Shown here: one piece after another, positions 26,401 through 38,500 of the stretch
Position numbering within the stretch: the stretch's first letter is position 1
How the letters are laid out: each line of letters begins with the position of its first letter
Source: Welwitschia mirabilis
Taxonomy: Eukaryota
Assembly (NCBI GenBank): GCA_051453625.1
Contig: JBOZIK010000001.1
Location: forward strand, 39,240,766 to 39,282,066
Direction of reading: 5' to 3'
Length of the DNA stretch: 41,301 nucleotides
Notes under the pieces: model-generated
Told to the model about the DNA's origin: nothing
Database searches by the model: none
What the model saw: only the letters and a program-made list of their open reading frames with translations
Translations under genes and position numbers: made by a program

Positions 26401-28531
26401 GACTTGGCTCAAGAATCTCTTTTTATCAGTGATGGTCTAATGGGAAGGAATAGTTTTGAAAACTAAGTAACTGGTGATATCTGTAATCCAAGATCTTTCT
26501 TTGAGTAAAAAGAGATGTTCATCTAGAAACATGTCATCAAAAGTTAAAGATGTTTATAGGTTATTTAAAGATTTTGTAAAAGGTAATTTACAATAACATT
26601 ATCAAAGATTTCTAATTTTTAATCTCTAAATGGAATTATTAAAGAGGAGAATCCATCTAATAAGATTAGTTTTCAATCCTTTTTAGCAAAAAGGTACTTA
26701 AGGACCAAGTGATCAGTGTAAATAACTATCTTAAATCCTAAAAGGTATTACCTAAAATTTTTAAGAATAAAAACAATAGTCAGAATCTCTTCTCTATGAC
26801 ATTTTAATTGAGTTGAGTGTTCTTTAAGGTTTTACTAACATAGTAAATCATAGCTAGCTTTTTCATCACTCTTTATCCTAAAACATCTCCTACTGTTAAG
26901 CCACTTGTATTACACATAAGTTTAAAAGGTAATTTTTAATTAAGAAATTGGATAATAGGTGTGGAATTTAGTTTTTCTTCAAGTTTTTCAAATTCATTTT
27001 AACACTCTAGAGTCTAGTCAAAAGGGGTATCCTTGCTTAAAAGATCATACAAAGGCTTACAGATTTTATTGAAATCCTTAATGAACCACCTATAAAATCT
27101 TGCATGTCCTAAGAATGATCTAATATCTTTTTATTTTTATGATGTTGGTAGGTATGTGATTAAGAATATCTTAGTCAGATCTACCTAAATTCCTTTCTTA
27201 GTGATGAGATGTTCTAAAACTATACCTTGAATTACTATAAAATGGTATTTTTCTCAATTGAGTACAAGGTGTTTTTTGATGCATCTTTTGAGGACATGCT
27301 TTAGGTCATTCAAATAATGATTACATAAGGTTTCATGAACTGAGAAATCATTCATAAAATTTTGACATCTAAATTTAATAAGTTAGAGAAAATTCCAAAC
27401 ATGCAACATTGGAAAGTCACAGGTGTATTGCATAAGCCAAAGGGCATCCATTTGTAAGCTAACATTCCATAAGGGTAAGTGAAGGTTGTTTTGTCTTAAT
27501 CTTTAAGAGAAATTTCAATCTAATTGTAACCTAAGTATCTATCCAAGAAATAGTAAAAAAGCTACCTCGCGAGTTATTCTAAAATTTGATCTAGGAAAGA
27601 AAGAGGCTAATGATCTTTTTTAGACATAGTATTTAATTTTGTATAATAAATATACATCCTTCATTTTATAGTGGATTTGGAAAAAATAAGCTCATTATAC
27701 TTGTTAAGAACAATGGTAATTCTCAATTTCTTGGCTATGATATGAATTGGAGTTACCCACTTACTATCTGAAATAGTATATATAATCCCATTATTGAGAA
27801 GTTTAATTGGTTTATCCTATGTTGTGCTTTAATGGATGGTTTGGCATTTTCCTCTAAATAGATATAGTTTATGAAAATACTAGGATCAATTCCTGAAATG
27901 TTAAAGAGAATACATCCTATTACCTATTTATTTTTTCTTAAAAGTCCAAGAAATTGATCTTCTACAAATGGGGTAAAGGAAGAGCTTATGATTATCGGAA
28001 AGGTGGAACTATTCCCTAAGAAAGCATATTTTAGATCATCAGGGAATGGTTTCAGTTCTAAGACAATTTCATTTTGGGCTATAGGGCATTTTCCTTAAGA
28101 GTATTCTATTTTATTATTTTTGAAATAGTAAGAAGTGGACTCCTAATCCTCAACAAGGCTTTCTATCATATCTATGTACTCTATCCCTTCATGATTTGAT
28201 GGTAACTTTATAGCATTAAATATGTTTAGCTCTATGATCATGTTATCAAATTAGAGTTATTAATTCATTCCTATAATTGATCAAGGCATTAGAGGTTGCT
28301 AAGAATGGTCTTCCTAATATAATAGATACTATTCGGTTTGATGAATTTTCCATATCCAAAACCAGAAAATCTACTAGAAAGTAGAAACTATCCACTCTAA
28401 CTATGATGTACTAAATGACTCCTAATGGTATTTTAATAGAGTTATCTACTAATTGGAGTGGGAGTGTCATGTTTTTAATTCCTTTTAAGCCTGATGCCTT
28501 ATAGGTTTTATAAGGAAGTAAGTTTATACAA
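23480..28531 (-). pseudogene. Athila-like pol remnant; RT C-terminal half to INT core duplicated (~24050-25716 and 25817-27500)
   Basis: Motifs: INLLPY..LQLVDNSIKIPLGVI, DFLVLDM..IILGRPFLATSNALI, YYFLDRYLGYN, FMNDF, LIRWILL, KWGIDFQG..YLIKWIEA..LISDGGTHFCNK, and C-terminal VRVNGHHLKHY (~23495-23527). Confidence 0.92.
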
Positions 28532-29890
28532 TGTTGGAATGCCAATTTTAGGAATTTATAGTGTATTTTGAGTACTTTTGTAGGACATTCACATAGGTTT
28601 TGATGCAATACTAATGACTATGGAGATCTAATAGATAATTAGTAAAACATGTGATCCTTAGCATTTTTGACAATTTCTCAGGCCTATTCTGACACTATAT
28701 ATTTGGAAGAAAGACTTCATGACGTAAAAGTTTGATTTACCTTTTAGATTGAAAAAAAGGAAGACCTTCATCCCCTATGTCATTTCCATGATAGGCAGGA
28801 CGATGACACTGCTAACATGGATAGAAGTTGTGGGACTGATGGTAATACATGAAGCACATGGAGACATGTGATACATGGTGTCATTTCTTATGTCATTTCC
28901 ATAACATGCAGGATGATGATAATACTAAAATGGATAGAAGCTACAGGGTTAACAACAGGGCATGGAGACATATGGCACATGGTGAAGTCCCCTATGTCAT
29001 CCTAATAATAAGTAGAATGATAACTATTTTTACATGTTTAAAAGAAATATCTTTGTAAATGTAGGCAAGCAACCCATGTGAATTATTAGGGTTTTGTTTT
29101 CCACCTTTAGGGGTTTTCTTCTAGAACCTAAAATGTAAAACTATAAATACCCTTTTTCTCCTTTATTTCTACCTCCATATTTTATACCTGATACTTGTGA
29201 TGGAGGATTGAAGAACAAGAGGTCCATTCAGAGCTTCAAAAATGAGTTTCTTTGGTGTTAGGTTAAATCTCTTCCATTGAGATACTATTATTCTATTTAT
29301 AAGAGGATGTAATATTCTTAAATACTTTTTTGAAATAATACAATTATTATTTCATTTCCATTTTGTATGTCCCTTATGGTTTACATTGATCATAGCTTAT
29401 TATAACAACTCTATCATTTATCTAGATTATGAGGGCAACCTTTGTTAACATTGATCTTAATTAGTAGTAGATTTTCATTTCTTTTCCATTTCATTTTCAT
29501 ATGCATTCCTTATTCTAATTAGTAGATCTCATAGTTATGTTGATTAAGAGCTAGTTAAATGTGCTTCTTGATTGATATAAGTTATAAAGAAGGTAGTCCT
29601 TGTGATAGAAGGACTAAGGTCTATGTAGAATCCATTTCCATTTCCATTGACTACATTTTATATCCACTCATTTGCATTGCATTTACTTTTTTATTTCCTT
29701 TCAGTTTTTATAAGACAAAAAACTAAAAATACCTTTGGAAGTCAGTTCTCTAAATCTGAGCCTAGTCCCTTCATTGGGATTATAACATTCGAGTGAACTC
29801 TTGTCTGTACTTGAGTGTGTTTTCTATAAGTTATTTGATTCATAGGTTTACCTAAAGGACTTTAGGATTATATAAATTCACACCATAACA
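28532..29890 (+). repeat. LTR-B, 5' LTR (1359 bp)
   Basis: Runs TGTTGGAATGCC...CACCATAACA, with TATAAATA at 29142-29149 and the PBS 3 nt downstream. It starts exactly where protease homology of the minus-strand element breaks. Confidence 0.85.
28768..29030. repeat. Tandem repeat in LTR-B U3, ~110 bp x ~2.3, with a palindromic core
   Basis: TATGTCATTTCCAT..GCAGGA(C/T)GATGA..ATGGATAGAAG..CATGGAGACAT is repeated. Confidence 0.8.
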
Positions 29891-29893
29891 TTT

Positions 29894-29911
29894 TGGTGCC
29901 ATTACCATGGA
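29894..29911 (+). promoter_or_regulatory. Primer binding site, decayed tRNA-Asp type
   Basis: TGGTGCCATTACCATGGA compared with the canonical Athila PBS TGGCGCCGTTGCCGGGGA; four of the five differences are C>T or G>A. Confidence 0.8.
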
Positions 29912-30102
29912 AGACAGCAAGGAGCTAGGAGAATTGTCATTAATCATATGAGTACCATTTAGGTTATTTATCTAAGTTAATGCTATATTTCTGGTTTAGT
30001 TTAAAGTATATTTATTTCTACATAATTCTATATTCCACAATTTTAAGATCTCGAAATTAGTTTCTATTTTTTAAAATTTTCCTTTGTTTTTCTTCATAAT
30101 AA

Positions 30103-30331
30103 ACTATCGTTATGTCTGTCATTCCCACGATAAGAAGGACGATAGTCCTATAAATTTTCTGCATTTTGATATTTTCTTTTCTGTAAATTAAATAAACTAT
30201 CATTCTTCCTATTATCCCCACGACAATCTGGATGATAGTCTAGTTTTCTTTTGTCAAAATTTTATACTTTCAGATTTTTGTTACTGTGGTCATTATCCTT
30301 CTTATCATCCCCATGATAAGGTGAATGATGG
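30103..30331. repeat. Three palindromic ~44-bp stem-loop units at ~93-bp spacing in the 5' leader (second version at ~31858-32092)
   Basis: ACTATCGT...ACGATAGT in unit 1 and CTTATCAT-CCCC-ATGATAAG in unit 3. Confidence 0.78.
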
Positions 30332-30382
30332 TTTACTATTTTTTATTTTGGCTTTTTATTAGTTGATTGAGCATGCAGGGAT

Positions 30383-33300
30383 ATGGTGAATTCTCGTAAA
30401 GAGATAAAATATCAAAAAGAATGAAACCTAATTAAAGAAAATATTAAAGAAGGATTATTCGACTTCGAGTTAAATCTAGATACACACATCCTAAGTATGT
30501 AAATTTCTAGAATTAAAGAAGACGATTTTTCTGCTTTTACTATTTTAAAATCAGATATTACAAAAGAAAATTGTAGTATAGAAGTATATCATACTATTTC
30601 TTTGAATATGTTAAACGTATCTAAATCATCATACAAACAAAAGTAAGTTGCTTCATCTAATATTCCAATCATAATAGAAACTTCTTCCTCGAATGTGAAT
30701 GTTACTCTTAGGAATTTAATTGCAAATAGAAAATTTGAAATTTAAAATCTTTTTGATTTACCTCTTAGAAATGATGTAGAATTAAGAAATTTAAGTTCTT
30801 ATCTAACCTTTTTGGGGGAACTAGAAGAAGATCTTTTTCAACATTTAGTTGATATTGAACAACTTATGCTTACCTTGGGAAATGGGAAGAAATGTATTAG
30901 TGACCATACTTATATGATTATTTTTCCAATCACACTTAGAGGAAGAGCAAAATTTTGGCTCAAAACTATCTCACATAAAAGTCTTAAATATTGGAGTCAA
31001 GTGCAGAAAGTATTTATTAAAAGATTTTTGAGTGAGAGTTCCATGAGGAAGAGAAGAAAATAAGTAACTAACTTTCAATAACAAACTCATGAGGATTATG
31101 CAACAGCCTATGAATGTTTTATAATCACTAGCCATTCCAACCCTATTGATGAATTTTGTAAAGAAGAGCTAGTAGATTATTTTTATAGTGGATTAAATGC
31201 TTTAACAAAAAAACTTATAGATTTTTCTTGTGGAGGAAACTTGTTGAATTTAGACCTAGATAATGCATAAAGTGTACTAGAAAATTTGGTAGGAATAAGT
31301 TAAACTTATCCTAAATCCACTAAAGAAAATCATATTATAGGATAAATTCTAAAGGATTTAAAAGAAGTGAGGCATGAAAAAGAAGAAGAAAAGGAGGAAT
31401 CAACAAATCTAAAAAACATTTCACTACTAGTTTGGAGAAGTATACCTAAATAATAGTTGATGAAAAAGTAGTAAAGAATAAAATCTCAACTTAAAATTGT
31501 GAACTTTGTGAAGATGACTCTTATCCAACAAAATAATTCCCTTTATTACCAACTTGTAAGGAAAAGATGTTTGAGAAAGTTTATGCCTTCAACCAAAGAT
31601 CACCCAACTTTAAAAATAAACCACAATTCCAACAAAGATTAGGTGGACAATCTTAATGCAAACCATTTGAAAATAGATNNNNNNNNNNNNNNNNNNNNNN
31701 NNNNNNNNNNNNNNNNNNNNNNNNNNNNNNNNNNNNNNNNNNNNNNNNNNNNNNNNNNNNNNNNNNNNNNNNNNNNNNACATAATTCTATTTTCCACAAT
31801 TTTAAGATCTTGAAGTTAGTTTCTATTTTTTACAATTTTTTTTTTTCCTTCATAATAAACTGTCGTTGTATTTGTCATCCCCACAACAAGAAGGATGATA
31901 GTCCTATAAATTTTTTGCATTTTGATATTTTTTTTTTCTGCAAATTGAATAAACTGTCATTCTTCCTATTATCCCCACGATAATCTAAATGATAGTCTAG
32001 TTTCATTCTATCAAAATTTTTGTAGTTTTGGATTTTTGTTATTGTGGTCATCATCCTTCTTATCATCCCTATGACAAGGTGGATGATGGGTCTACTATTT
32101 TTTCTTTTGGCTTTTTATTAGTTGATTGAGCATGTAGGGACATGGTGAATTCTCGTAAAAGACAAAATATCAAAGAGAGCAAAACCTGATTGAAGAAAAC
32201 ATCAGAGAAGTATTATTCGACTTTGAGTTAAATCCAGGTACACACACCCTAGGTACATAAATTTTTAGAATTAAAGAAGAAGATTTTTCTGCTTTTATTA
32301 TTTCAGAATCAGATATTGTAAAAGAAAATTATAGTGTAGAAGTATATCATACTGTTTCTTTGAATATGTTAAATGCATCTAAATCATCGCAAAAACAAAA
32401 GCAAGTTACTTCATCTAATACTCCAATCATAATAGAAACTTCTTCCTCAAATGCGAATGTTACTCTTCGAAATTTAATTACAAATAAAAAATGTGAAATT
32501 CAAAATATTTTTGATTTATGTCCTAGAAACGATGTAGAATTAAAAAATTTAGGTTCTTATTTAACTTTTTCAGGGGAACCAAAGGAAGATCCTTTTCAAC
32601 ATTTAGCTGATATTGAATAACTTATGCTTACCTTGAGAAATGGGAATAAATGTATTAGTGACCTTACTTATATGATTATTTTTCCAATCACACTTAGAGA
32701 AAGAGAAAAAGTTTAGCTCAAAACTATTTCACATAAAAGTCTTAAATATTGGAATTAAGTGCAGGAAGTATTTATTAAAAGATTTTTGAGTGAGAGCTCC
32801 ATGAGGAGGAGAAGAAAATAAGTAACCAACTTTTAATAACAAACTCATGAGGATTATGCAATAGCCTATGAACATTTTATAATCACTAGTCATTCCAACC
32901 TTATTAATGAATTTTGTAAAGAAGAGCCAGTAGATTATTTTTATAATGGATTGAATGCAAATTGGTATATTTTTCTTTAGAGAAAAATTATTGAATTTAA
33001 ACCAAGATGATGCGTGAAGTGTGCTAAAAAATTTGGTAGAAACAAGTCAAACTTGACCTAAACCCATTAAATAAAATCACACTACAGGATAACTTCTAAA
33101 GGATTTAAAAGAAGTAAAACATGATAAGGAAGAAGAAAGGAAGAACTCAACCAACCTAATGAAAGATTTTACTATTATTTTAGAGAAATATACACAAATG
33201 ATAGTTGATGTAAAGGTAGTAAATAATGAAATTTCAACTTCAAATTGTGAAATTTGTGAAAATAACTCTCATCCAATAAAAGAATGCCCTTTGTTACTAA

Positions 33301-35460
33301 CTTGTAAGGAAAAAATGTTTGAGGAAGTGTGTGCTTTCAACCAAAGAGCACCTAACTTTAAACCCCAGCCATAATTCCAACAAAGATTAGGTGGACAATC
33401 TCAATGAAAACCATTTGAAAATAGATTCAAGAATTCCAACTTTCAACCTAATTTTTAACAAAATCAGAATAATACACTTAAAGAATTCATAGAGGAGATG
33501 AGAAAAGTGTAGGTAAAAACTAATAGTAACATTGAAAACTTGATAAATATACTTTAACAAACGATGCTTGCCAAATNNNNNNNNNNNNNNNNNNNNNNNN
33601 NNNNNNNNNNNNNNNNNNNNNNNNNNNNNNNNNNNNNNNNNNNNNNNNNNNNNNNNNNNNNNNNNNNNNNNNNNNNAGTCTAAACTCACTAAAGAAAATC
33701 ATACTATAGGATAAATTCTAAAGGATTTAAAAGAAGTAAAACATAGAAAGGAAGAAGAAAGGGAGGATTCAACCAATCTAATGAAAGATTTTACTACTAC
33801 TTTATAGAAGTATACAGAAATAATAGTTAATGCAAAGGTAGTAAAGAATGAAATTTCAACTTGAGATTGTAAAATTTGTGAAGATAACTCTCATCTAATA
33901 AAAGAATGCCCTTTTTTACCAACTTGTAAGGAAAAGATATTTAAGGAACTGTGTGCTTTCAATCAAAGAGCACCTACCTTTAAAAACCAGCCACAATTCC
34001 AACAAATATTAGGTAAGCAACCTTGATGAAAACCATTTTAAAATAGATTTAAGAATTCCAATTTTCATACTAATTTTTAACAAAATTAAAATGATCCACG
34101 TAGAGAATCCATAGAGGAGATGGGAAAAGTGTAGGAGAAAACTAATAGAAACATTGAAAACTTGATAAATATGCTTCAATAAACAATGCTTGCTAATCAA
34201 AGACCACAAGGATCTCTTACATCTCAACCAATACCCAACTCAAGTGAAGTTAAAAGAGATTTAAAAAAAGTAATAAGAAGTGAAAATGATATAACACCTC
34301 TTACTATGAGGTTTCAAATTATAAATAAAATAATGAAATAAAAGAGGAAGATGATGTGGAAGTTTTAGATTCTTATAATCTCCCATCTACATCACCTACT
34401 AAGGCCTTCACTAAAAATAATTCAAAGAAAAATAAAAGAAAGAAACCATCCACCCCTTGGCTTGATAAATTAAACATAAATCCTACCTTTGATGAACATC
34501 TGAAATCTTTGATGGAGGAAGTCAACATCAACCTACCCTTTTGGAAACTCTTGTAAAAAAATCCAAGATATTCTAAGTTATGAAAAGTTTTATTAAGAAG
34601 AAAGAAAAAACATATCATTCCTAGCAAAGTTTTTCTTGCCCAATCTCTTTTCAACTCAGTCATCCAATAATGTCCTAAATTCAAAGACCCTAGGGCTACA
34701 ACTATAAGTGTTCCTTTAAAAGGAAACAAAGAAATTCAAAAATCTTTAATTAAAATAGGAGAAAGTTTAAACATCATGCCTCTTCACATATGTAAGAGAC
34801 TTGGGTTAGAAAGTAGAGTTAAACCTACACCTATCATTTTGGAATTAGCTAATACCTTAATCAAGAAATCATTAGAAATTATTAAAGACCTAGTTATCCA
34901 AATTAAAAAAGCTTTTTATCCCATTAATGTTATCATAATTNNNNNNNNNNNNNNNNNNNNNNNNNNNNNNNNNNNNNNNNNNNNNNNNNNNNNNNNNNNN
35001 NNNNNNNNNNNNNNNNNNNNNNNNNNNNNNNNNNNNNNNNCAATCAAAAACCACAAGGGTCTCTTACATCTCATCTAATGCCCAATCCAAATGAAATCAG
35101 AAGGAATGTAAAAATAATAACAAGAAGAGGAAAGGATATAACACCTCCTACCTATGAGCCTTGAACTTCTAAAAATAATGAAATAAATGAGTAAGATGAT
35201 GTGAAAATTTTATATTCATACAACCTTCCATCAATGTCTTCTACTAAGGCCTTCATTAAAAATAATTCATAAGAAAACAAAGGAAAGAAACCATCTACCC
35301 TTAGCTTGATAGATTAAATACAAATCCTACCTTTGATGAATACTTAAAAGCTTTGATGTAAGAAGTTAACATCAACCTACCTTTTTGGAAACTCTTACAA
35401 GAAAATCCTAAATATTCCAAGTTATAGAAAGATTTAGTAAGAAGGAAAAAAAACGTATCA
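30383..35460 (+). pseudogene. Retrotransposon gag remnant in 2-3 overlapping versions
   Basis: Start MVNSRK (30383 and ~32142). Motifs: FSGEPKEDPFQHL, IFPITLRGRAKFWL, YFYSGLN..DFSCGGNL, Zn knuckle CEICENNSHPIKEC, GSLTSQP, VNINLPF. Confidence 0.85.
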
Positions 35461-35502
35461 TTCNNNNNNNNNNNNNNNNNNNNNNNNNNNNNNNNNNNNN
35501 NN

Positions 35503-38500
35503 NTAGGGCTGCAACTATAATTATTATCTTAGAAGGAAACAAAATAATTTAAAAAGCTTTGATTGACATAGAAGCAAGTGTAAACATCATGGCTCTTCAC
35601 ATATGTAAAAGACTTAGATTAGAAAGCAGAGTTAAACCTACACCTATCATCTTGGAAATAGCTAATACCTTAATTAGGAAACCATTAGGAATTACCAAAG
35701 ACCTATTTATCCAAATTGAGAAAGATTTTTATCTCATTGATGATGTCATAATTGAGATAGAACATGATGGAGGATATCCACTACTTTTAGGAAGAGCCTT
35801 TTGTGTAACTGCCTATTGTATCATTAACACATAATCTGAGATGATGAGATATATTTTGACAACAAAGTAATTACCATTAGAGTTTTTGATGCTACTAACA
35901 AAGACACAGAAACTAAGTTTAACTTTGAAGGTAAATTGAAATCCACCTTGTTTTTATAACATCAATCCATAGAAGAGAGGTTAATCATGCTACATAAACC
36001 AACTTTGTATGATGACCCCCCTGAAACAAACTATCTTAAGTTTGAGAATGAAGTACATATAGAACGAGATGAAACTCAACATCTTTACTTAATAGAAAAC
36101 CATTTTGAAGAGTGTCATTCCACCTCTATCATCCCTATGATAGATGAGACGANNNNNNNNNNNNNNNNNNNNNNNNNNNNNNNNNNNNNNNNNNNNNNNN
36201 NNNNNNNNNNNNNNNNNNNNNNNNNNNNNNNNNNNNNNNNNNNNNNNNNNNNNNNNNNNNNNNNNNNNNNNNNNNNNNNNNNNNNNNNNNNNNNNNNNNN
36301 NNNNNNNNNNNNNNNNNNNNNNNNNNNNNNNNNNNNNNNNNNNNNNNNNNNNATAGTTTAACATAAAATCTACCTTGAAGATAATGCTAAACCTATTAGA
36401 TAACCCCAAAGAAGACTAAATCTAGCCTTAAACAAATCATTAAAAATGAAATCATTAAACTTATGGATGTTGGAATTATATATTCCATATTTGATAGTGA
36501 GTGGGTTATTCCTTTAATAATAGTTCTAAACAAAGTGGGGAAATGAAGAATATGCATCAATTTTAGAAAACTTAATGAGGTTACTAAAAAAGATCATTGC
36601 CATTTGCCCTTTCTTAATCAAGTTCTTGATAGAATCCAAGGTCATGCCTACTATTATCTTCTTGATGGGTATAGTGGCTATAATCAGATTTGTATAGTAA
36701 GTGAAGATCAAGCTAAAACTACTTTCACCTCTTCCTTTGGAACCTTTGCTTTTAAATGAATGCCCATTAGAATTTGCAGTGTTCTTGGAACCTTTCAACA
36801 AGCCATGATGGAAATATTTTCTGATATGATAGAAGACTCTATTAAAACTTTTATGAATGACTTCTCCATCTTTGGTAATACTTTTGAATAAACTATAGTA
36901 AGATTAGAAAAAGTCCTAGATTAATGTATTGAGAGTGGCTTACATTTGAATTGGGAAAAGAGTTTTCTCCTTATCCAACATGAAATTATTTTAGATCATC
37001 ACATTTCAAAAGAAGGGATTATAATGGCCCCACAAAAGTGGATATCATTAAAAACCTTAATCCTCCAACTAGTGTCAAATAAGTTAGATCTTTCCTTAAA
37101 CATACTAGTTTTATCAATGATTCATTCATGATTATGCTAAAACTTATAAACCTCTCCACTCCTTACTTAAAAAAGTTGTTAAATTCAATTGGAATGATTC
37201 ATGTCAACTTGCTTTTGAAACCATCGAGGAAAACATCTCTTCTAAACCTGTTGTCATGGATCCCGATTAGAATAAAGACTTTGAGCTTATGTGTGATGCA
37301 AGCAACATTGCTGTAGGAGGGGTTCTTGGCCAAAAATATGAAACTAGTTTTAAAGTTATATCTTATATTAGTAAAACTTTGTCAAGTACCTAATCCAACT
37401 ACACTACCATTGAAAGAGAAATTCTTGCCATTTTCTTTTGCTTAGATCATCTTTGACATTATCTTCTTGGTTTTCATATCAATGTTTACATAGATGATTC
37501 AGCCATTCGCTCTCTTATGATTAAAAAATATTTGAGTGCTAGACTTATTAGGTGGATTCTTCTAATGCAAGAATTTAATCTTACCATTATTTATAAGGAT
37601 GAAAAATATAATAGTGTTACTAATCATCTTTTTTTACTTTCTTGCTTCCATGATGAAACTCCCATTAATGACTCTTTTCATGATAAGCAACTTTTTCTAA
37701 CAACTGTATGATATCTCATCTTCTCATCCTACTCCTTGGTATGCTAACATTGTGAATTATCTTGTGACTATGAAAACTCCTCATTATTAGAATCATAATC
37801 AATGCAAAACTTTTCTCCATAGGATCGATGACTATGAATGGAATGAACCCCATATTTATCAACATTGCAAAGATTAAATTATGTGTAATTGTGTGCCTAA
37901 ATGGAAAACCTCAAAACTCTTAAAAATTTAACATGGTAGGGTATGTGGAGGATACTTTAGTGGCTAANNNNNNNNNNNNNNNNNNNNNNNNNNNNNNNNN
38001 NNNNNNNNNNNNNNNNNNNNNNNNNNNNNNNNNNNNNNNNNNNNNNNNNNNNNNNNNNNNNNNNNNNNNNNNNNNNNNNNNNNNNNNNNNNNNNNNNNNN
38101 NNNNNNNNNNNNNNNNNNNNNNNNNNNNNNNNNNNNNNNNNNNNNNNNNNNNNNNNNNNNNNNNNNNNNNNNNNNNNNNNNNNNNNNNNNNNNNNNNNNN
38201 NNNNNNNNNNNNNNNNNNNNNNNNNNNNNNNNNNNNNNNNNNNNNNNNNNNNNNNNNNNNNNNNNNNNNNNNNNNNNNNNNNNNNNNNNNNNNNNNNNNN
38301 NNNNNNNNNNNNNNNNNNNNNNNNNNNNNNNNNNNNNNNNNNNNNNNNNNNNNNNNNNNNNNNNNNNNNNNNNNNNNNNNNNNNNNNNNNNNNNNNNNNN
38401 NNNNNNNNNNNNNNNNNNNNNNNNNNNNNNNNNNNNNNNNNNNNNNNNNNNNNNNNNNNNNNNNNNNNNNNNNNNNNNNNNNNNNNNNNNNNNNNNNNNN

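Larger units (their letters stand above)
19830..28531 (-). mobile_element. Decayed Athila-like Ty3/gypsy element (pol and 3' region), interrupted at the protease
   Basis: Minus-strand order is PR-RT-RH-INT with no chromodomain, followed by a long 3' region. The left boundary is approximate and no LTR was recognised. Confidence 0.85.

Noticed and set aside
2339..29890. LTR-A and LTR-B as the two LTRs of one 27-kb element
   Set aside because: A follows a PPT and B precedes a PBS, which is the wrong order. They are also far diverged and differ in length.
30103..30331. Regularly spaced palindromic repeats as a CRISPR array
   Set aside because: There are only three degenerate units, the spacers are T-rich and low complexity, there are no cas genes, and the context is a retrotransposon leader.
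34009..36801. Minus-strand ORFs such as 34373-34729 and 36526-36801
   Set aside because: They are antisense shadows of the plus-strand gag/pol and have no recognisable motifs.
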